A DNA stretch of 64,000 nucleotides from the NCBI GenBank assembly GCA_043798935.1, contig JAZDOC010000017.1, positions 381 to 64,380 of the forward strand, read 5' to 3'. The notes beneath the pieces were generated by a model. The model did no database searches. It was not told the DNA's origin and was given only the letters and a program-made list of their open reading frames with translations. The position numbers were made by a program, and so were the translations under genes. The number at the start of each line of letters is the position of its first letter. The stretch's first letter is position 1. Positions 22,663 through 32,390 of this stretch are shown here, piece by piece. The stretch comes from Patescibacteria group bacterium. GTDB taxonomy: Bacteria > Patescibacteriota > Patescibacteriia > UBA9570 > JAHJKD01.

Positions 22663-24027
22663 ATGGAATTAAATACTCTTACTTCTGTTTCGCCAATAGA
22701 CGGTCGTTATCATAAAAATACCCGGAAATTAAGCGCCTATTTTAGTGAAATGGCCTTAATGAAATATCGGGTAAAAGTAGAGGTGCTGTATTTAATAGCT
22801 TTAGCAACTGAAACAAAGATTAAAGAAATCAGGAAGCTAACACCACTAGAAAAAAATAAATTAGAAAAATTATACATTAATTTTTCTCTGGCAGACGCTA
22901 CTGCAATCAAAGAAATTGAAAAGACAACCAACCACGATGTTAAAGCCGTAGAATATTTTATTAAAGAGAAATTCAAAAAATCTTCTTTACAACCAGTGTT
23001 AGAGTTTGTACATTTTGCTCTAACCAGTGAAGACATAAATAATTTAGCTTACAGTTTAATGCTTCGTGACGCTGTAAAAAATGTATATATTCCGCTAACT
23101 GAACAATTACTCAATAAAATAAAAAATTTAGCCAAACAAAATAACAATGTTTCTTTATTATCATTAACTCATGGCCAACCCGCCACTTCCACAACTCTGG
23201 GAAAGGAATTTGCTGTAGTTGCTGCTAGAATTAAAAGACAATTAGATATTTTGAAAAAAATAAAATTAATGGGCAAGTTAAATGGCGCTACTGGCAATTG
23301 GGCGGCACATAGCGTGGCTTACCCGCAAGTTAACTGGATTAATTTTTCTAGAAAATTTGTTAGCTCCCTAGGGTTAGAAATAAATTTATTAACTACGCAA
23401 ATTGAACCACATGATAGTTTGTGCGAAGTGTATGATGCCATTAGAAGAATTAATAATATTGTGAAAGACTTTGATCGTGATATGTGGATGTATATATCCC
23501 GTAAAATTTTTAAACAGCAAAATAAATCCGGAGAAATCGGGTCTTCGGCCATGCCGCATAAAATTAACCCCATATTTTTTGAAAACAGTGAAGGGAATAT
23601 AGGCTTAGCTAACGCTTTATTAGTATTTTTTTCCAACAAGTTACCAATTTCTAGAATGCAGAGGGACTTGACCGATTCGACTGTATTAAGAAATCAAGGG
23701 ACTGCTTTAGCATATTGTATAATTGCTTACGAGAATACATTAAAAGCCTTAGAGCGCGTTGCTACCAATAAACAAACTTGCCAGAAAGAGCTTGATGAAC
23801 ATTGGGAAGTGTTGGCTGAGGCAATTCAGACAGTACTGCGTAAATTAAATTATCCCAAGCCTTATGAAAAACTGAAAGAATTAACCCGTGGTCAAAAAAT
23901 TAATCAAAAGGTTATCCATGAGTTTATATCTGGTTTAGATATTGATAAAAAAGAAAAAGAAAAATTATTAAATTTGACGCCGGCGAATTATACTGGATAT
24001 TCAAGCAAATTAGCGAACTTGTTATAG
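22663..24027 (+). CDS. purB: Adenylosuccinate lyase
   Basis: SPIDGRY at the N-terminus and the fumarate-lyase signature SSAMPHKINP. Confidence 0.95.
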   Translation: MELNTLTSVSPIDGRYHKNTRKLSAYFSEMALMKYRVKVEVLYLIALATETKIKEIRKLTPLEKNKLEKLYINFSLADATAIKEIEKTTNHDVKAVEYFIKEKFKKSSLQPVLEFVHFALTSEDINNLAYSLMLRDAVKNVYIPLTEQLLNKIKNLAKQNNNVSLLSLTHGQPATSTTLGKEFAVVAARIKRQLDILKKIKLMGKLNGATGNWAAHSVAYPQVNWINFSRKFVSSLGLEINLLTTQIEPHDSLCEVYDAIRRINNIVKDFDRDMWMYISRKIFKQQNKSGEIGSSAMPHKINPIFFENSEGNIGLANALLVFFSNKLPISRMQRDLTDSTVLRNQGTALAYCIIAYENTLKALERVATNKQTCQKELDEHWEVLAEAIQTVLRKLNYPKPYEKLKELTRGQKINQKVIHEFISGLDIDKKEKEKLLNLTPANYTGYSSKLANLL

Positions 24028-24057
24028 GCTTGTCTCGATTATTAACTAAAAATAAAT

Positions 24058-25530
24058 ATGTGTGGAATTTTTGGAATTTATGGGCGTGATGGTTTTACTA
24101 TCGCACCGGAAATATATGATGGTTTAATTGCTTTACAGCATCGTGGCCATGATGCTTGCGGTATTTTAACTTACGACAACGATGGCTTTAATATGCGCAA
24201 AGGTTTAGGGTTTGTGCGGGACGTTTTTCATCCCGGTGCCATGAAATATTTAAAAGGTAATATGGGTATCGGCCATATTCGTTACGCTACGGTGGGTTGC
24301 GGTGACGCCAAAGATGCTCAACCATTTTATACTCATACTCCATACGGCATCGCCATGACACATAATGGAAATTTATCTAATTATTCGGACTTGAAGAAAG
24401 AACTATTTGAGAAAGATTTATTTCAAGTTAATTCGGGTTGCGATGTAGAAGTGATTTTAGCTGTTTTTTCTCAAGAACTTGCTAAACAAGTTAAAAAAAC
24501 TAAAGATATTTCGGAACAAGTTTTTAATGCAGTTAAAGGCGTCCATAAAAGATGCAAAGGGGCTTATTCTGTAACCGGCATAATTGCTGGTAAAGGCATG
24601 TTTGGCTTTAGAGATCCTTATGGAATCCGCCCCATGGTATTCGGTCAGCGTGGTCAGGGAAAAGAAGTAGAATATTGTTTTACGTCTGAGTCGGTAATGT
24701 TTAATATGCTTGGTATTAAATATTTAAAAGATGTTAATGCTGGAGAGTGTATTTTTATTGATGAAAAACGCAAAGTCCACACCAGTCAGGTATCGCCGGC
24801 TAAATTAAGACCGTGTATTTTTGAATATGTTTATTTTGCTCGGCCTGATTCTTTGCAAAATAATGTTTCAGTTTATAAAGCCAGATTGCGCATGGGCCAA
24901 TTATTAGCCAAGCGTATTAAACCTTTACAATCCAAATTAAAAATAGACGTTGTAATTCCAGCTCCTTCCACTTCTAATACAGCAGCCTTGGCTTTAGCTT
25001 CTGATTTAGGAGTAAAATATCGCGAAGGATTAGTAAAGAATCATTTTATCGGGCGGACGTTTATTATGCCTGGGCAAGATAAGCGGGAAAAATCCGTAAA
25101 ACGGAAATTAAATCCACAACCACTGGAAATTAAACGTAAAAATGTTTTATTAGTTGATGATAGTATTGTCCGCGGTACTACTGGTAAAGAAATTGTGCAG
25201 ATGCTACGCGATGCCGGGGCGAAAAAAGTTTATTTTGCATCTGCTTCACCGGCTGTTAAGCATCCTTGTTTGTATGGCGTAGACATTCCAACCCGCGCTG
25301 AATTAATTGCTAATCATAAAACTGATGAAGAAATTAGAAAGTTTTTAAATGTAGATTTTTTAATTTATCAGACCATTGAAGATCTTATTAAATCAGTTCG
25401 TATCGATAAAGCTTTAACGCAGAATTATTGTACAGCTTGTTTTTCCGGACAATACCCGACGCCAGATATTACACCGGCGGTTGTAAATGCTAATGAAAAA
25501 ATGCGCTTGGAAGATAAAAAGATTTGTTAG
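24058..25530 (+). CDS. purF: Amidophosphoribosyltransferase
   Basis: MCGIFGI N-terminal nucleophile, a PRTase motif VLLVDDSIVRGTT, and C-terminal cysteines. Confidence 0.95.
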   Translation: MCGIFGIYGRDGFTIAPEIYDGLIALQHRGHDACGILTYDNDGFNMRKGLGFVRDVFHPGAMKYLKGNMGIGHIRYATVGCGDAKDAQPFYTHTPYGIAMTHNGNLSNYSDLKKELFEKDLFQVNSGCDVEVILAVFSQELAKQVKKTKDISEQVFNAVKGVHKRCKGAYSVTGIIAGKGMFGFRDPYGIRPMVFGQRGQGKEVEYCFTSESVMFNMLGIKYLKDVNAGECIFIDEKRKVHTSQVSPAKLRPCIFEYVYFARPDSLQNNVSVYKARLRMGQLLAKRIKPLQSKLKIDVVIPAPSTSNTAALALASDLGVKYREGLVKNHFIGRTFIMPGQDKREKSVKRKLNPQPLEIKRKNVLLVDDSIVRGTTGKEIVQMLRDAGAKKVYFASASPAVKHPCLYGVDIPTRAELIANHKTDEEIRKFLNVDFLIYQTIEDLIKSVRIDKALTQNYCTACFSGQYPTPDITPAVVNANEKMRLEDKKIC

Positions 25531-25533
25531 TAA

Positions 25534-25618
25534 GTTAACTCACACATATAAAATGTGGGGTTAACTTTTATTAAAAAAAATAAATCCAGTAACCCCATGT
25601 TTTATACATGTGGGTTAC
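25534..25618 (+). promoter_or_regulatory. Pair of imperfect hairpins sharing an ATGTGGG(G)TTAC arm in the purF-purD intergenic region
   Basis: Hairpin A at 25534-25565 is GTTAAC...CACAT-ATAAA-ATGTG...GTTAAC. Hairpin B at 25589-25618 is GTAACCCCATG-TTTTATA-CATGTGGGTTAC and ends 10 nt before the purD ATG. Confidence 0.35.
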
Positions 25619-25628
25619 GGAAATAATT

Positions 25629-26912
25629 ATGAAAATTTTATTGCTTGGAAATGGCGCGCGTGAACATGCTATTGCCTACAAATTAAAACAAAACGACGAG
25701 GTCACTCTCTATAATATTGCTACTGCCAATAATCCTGGTTTAGTTGAGTTGTGTGAAGAAATAAAAATCGGCGATTATAATGATATTGATACAGTTAAGA
25801 ATTATGTGGATGAAATTAACCCGGAAATTATTTGGATCGGGCCTGAAGCGCCACTTGCATTTGGAGTCGTCGATGCTTTAGATGTACCTTGTGTTGGCCC
25901 GATTCAAGAATTAGCTCAATTAGAAACTAGCAAATCTTTTACAAGAAAATTGTTAGTTGATAATAATATTCCGGTTTATCCTAAATTTAAAACTTTTGCT
26001 TCTTGGGACGGTTTGGAAGAATTTTGTAAAAGCCTAGAGAAATTTGTAGTTAAGCCCGATGGCCTTACTGCTGGCAAAGGCGTGCAGGTTCAGGACGACC
26101 ATTTTACTACTCACAATGAAGGCATTGAAGTAGCGAAAGAATATATTCAAAAAGACGGCACGGTTATAATTGAAGAAAAATTAATTGGCCAGGAATTTTC
26201 TTTAATGAGTTTTGCTGATGGCAAAAACTTATTGCATATGCCGGCCGTTCAGGACCATAAAAGAGCTTATGTTGATGATAAAGGCCCTAATACCGGCGGC
26301 ATGGGTTCTTACTCTATGGCTGATGGCTCTATGCCGTTTTTGCAAGAAGGTGATATTGAAGCTGCTCAAAAAATTAACCAGCAAGTTTTAGAAGCTTTAG
26401 GCGACTACCGTGGAATTTTATATGGTAATTTTATTGCTACTAAAAACGGCCTAAAAATTATTGAGTATAATGCTCGTTTAGGCGACCCCGAAGCCATGAA
26501 TATTATGTATTTATTAAAAACAGATTTAGCTTTAATTTCTCAAGGCATTGTTGATCAAAGTTTAGAATTTATGAACATTGAATTTGAGCCTAAAGCCAGT
26601 GTTTGTAAATACGTTGTACCCGAAGGCTATCCTAATAATCCGGTTAGAGACGTGGAGGTAGACGTGAGTCAAGTCGACCAAACTAAAGTAAAATTGTTTT
26701 ATGCTTCTATTGACGCAGAGAATGGAAAATTTATTTTAAAAGGTTCACGTGCTATTGGCGTTATCGCTAAAGCCGACACCTTAGAAGAAGCCGAGAAATT
26801 AGTTCAGGAAGAGATAGTAAAAATAAAAGGACCGGTTTTTTTCCGGGAAGACATCGGTACTGCACCGCTTATTGAGAAAAGAGTGAAGATGATGGAAGAG
26901 GTTAGAAAATAA
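25629..26912 (+). CDS. purD: Phosphoribosylamine--glycine ligase
   Basis: MKILLLGNGAREHAIAYKL N-terminus and ATP-grasp body. I preferred the ATG at 25629 because the track's start at 25608 lies inside a hairpin. Confidence 0.9.
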   Translation: MKILLLGNGAREHAIAYKLKQNDEVTLYNIATANNPGLVELCEEIKIGDYNDIDTVKNYVDEINPEIIWIGPEAPLAFGVVDALDVPCVGPIQELAQLETSKSFTRKLLVDNNIPVYPKFKTFASWDGLEEFCKSLEKFVVKPDGLTAGKGVQVQDDHFTTHNEGIEVAKEYIQKDGTVIIEEKLIGQEFSLMSFADGKNLLHMPAVQDHKRAYVDDKGPNTGGMGSYSMADGSMPFLQEGDIEAAQKINQQVLEALGDYRGILYGNFIATKNGLKIIEYNARLGDPEAMNIMYLLKTDLALISQGIVDQSLEFMNIEFEPKASVCKYVVPEGYPNNPVRDVEVDVSQVDQTKVKLFYASIDAENGKFILKGSRAIGVIAKADTLEEAEKLVQEEIVKIKGPVFFREDIGTAPLIEKRVKMMEEVRK

Positions 26913-26977
26913 CACTTCAATAAATCTTATGAATAGTATATAATGATGGTGTTAATTATTAGTTTTTTCATATTTTC

Positions 26978-27595
26978 ATGAGCAAAATCAACATTGCAGT
27001 GCTTGGATCAACCAGTGGCACTGATCTGCAAGCCATAATCGATGCCAAACAAGAAGGGAAACTAGAAAATATCGATTTAAGTGTAGTTATCTCCAATCAA
27101 CAAAAAGCCTATATTTTAAAAAGAGCCGAAAAAAACAATATTCCGGCTGTTTTTGTAGATGCAAAGGGTAAAACTAGAGAAGAGTATGATCATGCGTTGT
27201 TGGGAATATTAAAGGTTTATAAGATAGATTTTATATTATGTATTGGTTGGATGCGGATATTGTCGCCAAAATTTGTTCAAACTTATAAAAAGAAAATTGC
27301 AAATATTCATCCGTCGCTTTTACCAAAATATGCCGGTGGCATGGATTTAAATGTCCACGCGGAAGTTTTGAAAAATAATGAAAAAGAATCGGGATGCACG
27401 CTTCATTGGATTGATGAAGGGGTAGACACTGGCGAAATTATTACGCAAAAAAAAGTTGAGATTAAAGACAATGAAACCTCAGAGAGTTTAAAGAAAAAAG
27501 TGCAGAAGGCTGAAGGAGAGTTGTTTGTGGAGTTTTTAAAAAATTATCAATCACCGCCCATCGGGATAAACCCGGGGGCTTCCCAAAATATTTAA
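26978..27595 (+). CDS. purN: Phosphoribosylglycinamide formyltransferase
   Basis: IAVLGSTSGTDLQAIIDA and the HPSLLP catalytic motif. Confidence 0.9.
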   Translation: MSKINIAVLGSTSGTDLQAIIDAKQEGKLENIDLSVVISNQQKAYILKRAEKNNIPAVFVDAKGKTREEYDHALLGILKVYKIDFILCIGWMRILSPKFVQTYKKKIANIHPSLLPKYAGGMDLNVHAEVLKNNEKESGCTLHWIDEGVDTGEIITQKKVEIKDNETSESLKKKVQKAEGELFVEFLKNYQSPPIGINPGASQNI

Positions 27596-27599
27596 CTGG

Positions 27600-27623
27600 A
27601 GGCCCTGGCTTTATGCCAGTGGC
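27600..27623 (+). repeat. Conserved bulged hairpin element with TTTAT loop (copy 2), between purN and purH
   Basis: GGCCCTGGC-TTTAT-GCCAG-T-GGCC. Like copy 1 it has a 4-bp outer stem, a 5-bp inner stem and a single T bulge. Confidence 0.45.
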
Positions 27624-27652
27624 CGAATTATAAAAATAATTAAATTTATAAT

Positions 27653-29164
27653 ATGAAACGAGCATTAATATCAGTGAGCGATAAAACTGGCATCGAAGAA
27701 CTAGCTAAACAATTAGTAGATTTAAACATCGAAATAGTTTCTACCGGTGGTACAGCTAAAGTATTAGAAGATGCTGGCGTTAAAGTTATTTCGATTGATG
27801 ATGTTACCGGCTTTCCGGAAATGATGAACGGCCGGCTTAAAACTCTTCATCCTAATGTTCATGGTGGTTTATTAGCGGTACGAGACAATGAAGAACACAC
27901 GGCGTCGGCTAAAGAACACGGGATTGAGATGATTGATCTGGTAGTAGTTAATTTATATCCATTTGAACAAAAACCCGGAATTGAAAATATTGATATTGGC
28001 GGTCCGACCATGTTAAGAAGCGCAGCTAAAAATCATCAATATGTAACAGTGGTTACAGACCCTAAAGATTATGAAAAAGTGTTAGAAGAAATAAAAGATA
28101 AGGGCGATACTAGTTTAGAGACTCGAAAAAAATTAGCGCAAAAAGTTTTTGCGCATACGGCTCGCTATGATTCATTAATCGCAGACTTTATGAACGAGAA
28201 AAAAGAGTTTACGGACGAGATGACATTTGGATATAAAAAAGCTTATGATTTAAGATATGGTGAAAACCCTCACCAATCCGCTTGTTTTTATATTGAAGGA
28301 AATATTAAAGAACCATGCGTAGCTAATGCTAAAATTCTTCAAGGCAAACAGCTTTCTTACAATAATATTATGGATGCTGATGGCGCTATTAATGTGGTGC
28401 GAGATTTTACTGAACCGGCATGCGCGGTTATCAAACACGCCAATCCTTGCGGCGCGTGTACAGACAAAGATATTGTTAAGGCTTTTAAGCAAGCTTATGC
28501 GGCTGATTCTTTGTCGGCTTTTGGTGGTATCATCGCTTTGAATAGAGACTGTAATGAAGAAATAGCCACAGAGATTTCAAAAGTTTTTGCAGAGATAGTG
28601 ATTGCTCCCAAGTTTGATGAAAAAGCCTTAGAAATTTTAGCTAAAAAGAAAAATTTAAGATTACTTGAGATTGGTAGCCTTGCAGGTGCGAATACGTATG
28701 CGCGTCCGCCAAGAGATCTACGAAAAGTTGTAGGTGGAATATTGGTTCAAGATCTAGACAGATTAATTATTGAAGCCAAAGATTTAAAAATTGTCACTGA
28801 AACACAACCGGACGCAGATCAGATTAAAGAAATGCTGTTTGCCTGGAAAATTATTAAACATGTAAAATCTAATGCGATTTTATTAACAAAAAATAATACT
28901 ACAGTGGGTGTTGGTTGTGGCCAAGTATCACGAGTAGACGCTACTGACATAGCGATTAAAAAAGCCGGCGCTAACGTTTCCGGATGTGTGATCGCGTCAG
29001 ACGCTTATTTCCCTTTCCGAGATTCCATCGATAAAATTGCCACTGTAGGAATTAAAGCCATTATTCAACCTGGTGGATCTATCCGTGATGAAGAAGTGAT
29101 TGCGGCTTGTAATGAGCATGGTGTTGCCATGGTGTTTACGGGTAATCGGGCTTTTAAACATTAG
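27653..29164 (+). CDS. purH: Bifunctional AICAR transformylase / IMP cyclohydrolase
   Basis: [21 protein letters not shown] with an MGS-like domain, followed by a C-terminal AICARFT domain. Confidence 0.95.
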   Translation: MKRALISVSDKTGIEELAKQLVDLNIEIVSTGGTAKVLEDAGVKVISIDDVTGFPEMMNGRLKTLHPNVHGGLLAVRDNEEHTASAKEHGIEMIDLVVVNLYPFEQKPGIENIDIGGPTMLRSAAKNHQYVTVVTDPKDYEKVLEEIKDKGDTSLETRKKLAQKVFAHTARYDSLIADFMNEKKEFTDEMTFGYKKAYDLRYGENPHQSACFYIEGNIKEPCVANAKILQGKQLSYNNIMDADGAINVVRDFTEPACAVIKHANPCGACTDKDIVKAFKQAYAADSLSAFGGIIALNRDCNEEIATEISKVFAEIVIAPKFDEKALEILAKKKNLRLLEIGSLAGANTYARPPRDLRKVVGGILVQDLDRLIIEAKDLKIVTETQPDADQIKEMLFAWKIIKHVKSNAILLTKNNTTVGVGCGQVSRVDATDIAIKKAGANVSGCVIASDAYFPFRDSIDKIATVGIKAIIQPGGSIRDEEVIAACNEHGVAMVFTGNRAFKH

Positions 29165-29182
29165 AAATTAGATAATATTACA

Positions 29183-30295
29183 ATGGTTAAAATTGAAAAT
29201 ATTTTTTATAAAGCTGAGGCTAAAATAGCGCCGAGGCTTGCTGATTTAAATAAAGAATCTATTAAACCTGAAGATATTGATGAAATAGCCGATACATTAG
29301 TTAGGATTATTAAAGCAAGCCGTCCGGAAGATATTAAAACGGGTGAGTTTATAGGGGAAGAAATTGCCAGAGCAGTAAGTCGTGAAACATACAAACCAGG
29401 AAGAACGTCAGTGCCCTCATTTGATTTATTCGCGGAGATGAATCGTATTACTTATGCAATTTTAGATAAAGTTAAAACAAGGATTTACCAAGATCCAGAA
29501 ATCGACGAATCTAAAGTTATGTTCATAGAAGAGATTTTAAGCGCCAGCGAGCGAATAGCAAAAATCCAAGACACAAATAAAGTTTATAAAAGATACATAG
29601 ATTATAGATGTGTAGCTGATAATGAAAATCGAGAACAAGCCTTAGCCCAATTAAAAGAAATATTAGACGCTGAAGCTAAAAAGCCCGAAGCAGATCGGCA
29701 TCCATATTATAAGAATGTGCGTTACCCGGCAGTTGCCAGAGATCTGGAAAATAAATCAGAAATCCAGAGAATGCTTAAATTTGGTACGCTTTATGATCTA
29801 ATAACCGAATCAGAAAAAAAAGAATCAGCACTTTCAGTAGACGCTGTTTTAGATATCAAACAGGATGATTTAAAAGAGATATTAAGTAGAATAATTGACG
29901 CTTTAAAGGGTTGTGCATTTTTGCATCAGCATGGTTTAGCCTTAACCGATAATAGGCCAAGAAATATTGGAATTGATGAAGATGGCGTAGGTTTTATTTT
30001 TGATTTTGATGGTCTGTGTTTAGATGATACCACCATCCAGAGTAGAGTAATATCAGCTGAAGATCAGTCTAAAAAATTTCGTACCATTAATGAAAAACAC
30101 ATGTTATTTCAATTTGGATTAATGCTAGATGCTTTATTTACCCAATACAATCTCTGGTTTCAAAATCCTGTAATAAAGGCTGAATTATTAAATTTAACTC
30201 AGGAATTATTTATTAATAATGATAATTTTGGCGATGGTAATTTAAGAATAGAAAGTGTTATTGGAAGGTTAAAAACAATATTAGAAAGTTTATAA
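29183..30295 (+). CDS. Hypothetical protein with a protein-kinase-like catalytic-loop/DFG-like signature
   Basis: The C-terminal half has LHQHGLALTDNRPRNIG and GFIFDFDG, which resemble HxDxxxxN plus DFG of the kinase-like fold. It sits between purH and guaA. Confidence 0.4.
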   Translation: MVKIENIFYKAEAKIAPRLADLNKESIKPEDIDEIADTLVRIIKASRPEDIKTGEFIGEEIARAVSRETYKPGRTSVPSFDLFAEMNRITYAILDKVKTRIYQDPEIDESKVMFIEEILSASERIAKIQDTNKVYKRYIDYRCVADNENREQALAQLKEILDAEAKKPEADRHPYYKNVRYPAVARDLENKSEIQRMLKFGTLYDLITESEKKESALSVDAVLDIKQDDLKEILSRIIDALKGCAFLHQHGLALTDNRPRNIGIDEDGVGFIFDFDGLCLDDTTIQSRVISAEDQSKKFRTINEKHMLFQFGLMLDALFTQYNLWFQNPVIKAELLNLTQELFINNDNFGDGNLRIESVIGRLKTILESL

Positions 30296-30383
30296 ATTAA
30301 GAAACTATTAAGAATATAATATTGTTTATTCAGGAGTAAAATTATGATAAACTATAGCAAGTTAACAATATAATTATATATAG

Positions 30384-32222
30384 ATGAACAAAAAATACAT
30401 AGCCATTTTAGATTTTGGCTCACAATATACACATTTAATTTCGCGACGCGTTCGACAACTGGGCGTGTTAGCCAGAATTTTTCCAACTGACGTTGAAGCT
30501 GATAAAATTAAAGATGCTTGGGGAATTATTTTATCGGGCGGTCCGGATTCTATTACCGATGAAAGATTGGCGTATGATCCGGGAATTTTTAAAATGGGAG
30601 TGCCAATGCTCGGTTTTTGCTATGGTCATCAGTTAATTGCTAAATATTTGGGCGGTCAGGTTGCTTCGCAAAATCAACGCGAATATGGAAAAGCTAAGAT
30701 AAAAGTTCAAGGGAATTCACCTATTTTTAAAGGTTTGGAAGAAGAAGAGCAAGTATGGATGAGTCATTGGGATATTGTAAGCCGAATGCCGGCAGGGTTT
30801 CAAAAGATCGGTACTACTGATATTTGTGAAATAGCGGCTATGGCCGATGACAATCGAAAATTTTATGGCTTTCAATATCATCCTGAAGTTCATCACACAA
30901 CTCATGGCATGAAGATGCTGGAAAATTTTGTTTTTAATATTTGCCATGCCGAAAAGAAATGGAGTATGGAAGAATATTTTAATGAGATTAAAGCTGATTT
31001 ATTAAATACTATCGACAATAAAAAAATATTCTTGTTTGTTTCGGGCGGAGTTGATTCATCAGTCGTTTTTGCCTTATTGGAAGAAATATTGGGTAAAGAT
31101 AGAGTGTTTGGATTGCACGTTGATACTGGGTTCATGAGAAAAAACGAGTCGGAATTAGTAAAAAAATCTTTGGCCGACGCTGGTTTTGATAATTTAAAAG
31201 TTTTTGATGCGAGTGACAGATATTTAATGGCTCTGGAAAATAAATATGAACCCGAAGAAAAACGAAAAATTATTGGTAAAATATTTTTAGACGTGCAAAA
31301 AGATGTTTTTGCAGATTTAAATTTTAATCCGGATGAGTGGCTATTAGGCCAAGGAACTATTTATCCTGATACCATCGAAACCGGAGGAACTTCCGCTTCG
31401 GATAAAATTAAAACTCATCATAACCGCGTGGATGAAATTATTGAAATGCTTAATGCCGGAAAAATTATCGAGCCACTCGCTTTGCTTTATAAAGACGAAG
31501 TTCGAGCTATCGGTAAACAATTAAATTTACCCGAACCATTAATTAATCGCTGGCCTTTCCCAGGGCCGGGCTTAGCTATTCGCTGTTTGTGCTCTGATGG
31601 GCGCGAAGGCGAGATGCAAGGCAGGAATAATTCCGAAATAGAAGATATTAAAAAAATTGATAATGAAATTAAAGATTATTTTGAGAAGAATAATAAACAG
31701 GGAACTAGACTTCCAATTAAAAGCGTAGGCGTACAGGGGGACTTAAGAACTTATCAGCACGCAGTTGTGATTAAGAATGGTGATAGATATGATTGGAAAG
31801 ATCTGGAAGATTTTGCGGTTAATTTAGTAAACGGAATTCAGGGTGTAAATCGAGTAGTAGCCCATGTCGGCGGTAATGTGAATTTAGACAATGTGAAAAT
31901 TAAACCCGGATATTTAACCAAAGAACGGCTAAATATTTTAAGAGACGCTGATGATGTGGTTACTAAAATTGTAAATGAACATGGTTTATATAATAAAATA
32001 TGGCAATTTCCGGTTATTATGTTGCCATTAACATTTATCGGCCAAGGCGAAACAATCGTGCTTCGACCCATTGAAAGCGAAGAAGCCATGACTGTTAATT
32101 TCTACCATTTAGATAAAAATATTTTAAAGCAGATGGTCGACGAGATTTTAAAACTTGATGGGGTTGATGCAGTATTTTTTGATATCACCAACAAACCACC
32201 AGCCACAATTGAGTGGGAATAG
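30384..32222 (+). CDS. guaA: GMP synthase (glutamine-hydrolysing), long form
   Basis: GATase part with GFCYGHQL, ATP-PPase SGGVDSSV, and the C-terminal KPPATIEWE. At 612 aa it has an enlarged dimerisation region. Confidence 0.95.
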   Translation: MNKKYIAILDFGSQYTHLISRRVRQLGVLARIFPTDVEADKIKDAWGIILSGGPDSITDERLAYDPGIFKMGVPMLGFCYGHQLIAKYLGGQVASQNQREYGKAKIKVQGNSPIFKGLEEEEQVWMSHWDIVSRMPAGFQKIGTTDICEIAAMADDNRKFYGFQYHPEVHHTTHGMKMLENFVFNICHAEKKWSMEEYFNEIKADLLNTIDNKKIFLFVSGGVDSSVVFALLEEILGKDRVFGLHVDTGFMRKNESELVKKSLADAGFDNLKVFDASDRYLMALENKYEPEEKRKIIGKIFLDVQKDVFADLNFNPDEWLLGQGTIYPDTIETGGTSASDKIKTHHNRVDEIIEMLNAGKIIEPLALLYKDEVRAIGKQLNLPEPLINRWPFPGPGLAIRCLCSDGREGEMQGRNNSEIEDIKKIDNEIKDYFEKNNKQGTRLPIKSVGVQGDLRTYQHAVVIKNGDRYDWKDLEDFAVNLVNGIQGVNRVVAHVGGNVNLDNVKIKPGYLTKERLNILRDADDVVTKIVNEHGLYNKIWQFPVIMLPLTFIGQGETIVLRPIESEEAMTVNFYHLDKNILKQMVDEILKLDGVDAVFFDITNKPPATIEWE

Positions 32223-32241
32223 GGCTGAGTAAGCTGAGAGA

Positions 32242-32269
32242 TTGACAGTCATTTTCTTCATGATATAAT
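32242..32269 (+). promoter_or_regulatory. Consensus sigma70 promoter (TTGACA-16-TATAAT)
   Basis: TTGACA at 32242-32247 and TATAAT at 32264-32269. It is immediately followed by a terminator-like hairpin. Confidence 0.45.
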
Positions 32270-32278
32270 AACTTCAAG

Positions 32279-32302
32279 AAAGGGCGATTCAGGCCCTTTT
32301 TT
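32279..32302 (+). terminator. Intrinsic terminator hairpin after guaA (AAAGGGC-GATTCA-GCCCTTT + T-run)
   Basis: A 7-bp stem with a 6-nt loop and a T-tract extending to 32302. Confidence 0.5.
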
Positions 32303-32390
32303 GTTGTCTATAGAAGATTTTGAAAAATTCATGTCCTTTGAAAATTAAGTTAAAATATGTTATGCTTAATGAGCATTATTAAATTTTATT

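Noticed and set aside
25608-25628. The track's upstream start for purD (MWVTEIIMKILLL).
   Set aside because: The ATG at 25608 lies inside hairpin B. The canonical PurD N-terminus MKILLLGNGAREH begins at 25629.
30325-30334. A third copy of the TGAAT-N2-ATTCA motif upstream of guaA.
   Set aside because: Only a 10-nt half-site, TTTATTCAGG, matches. That is too short to call independently, and I mention it only as supporting context.
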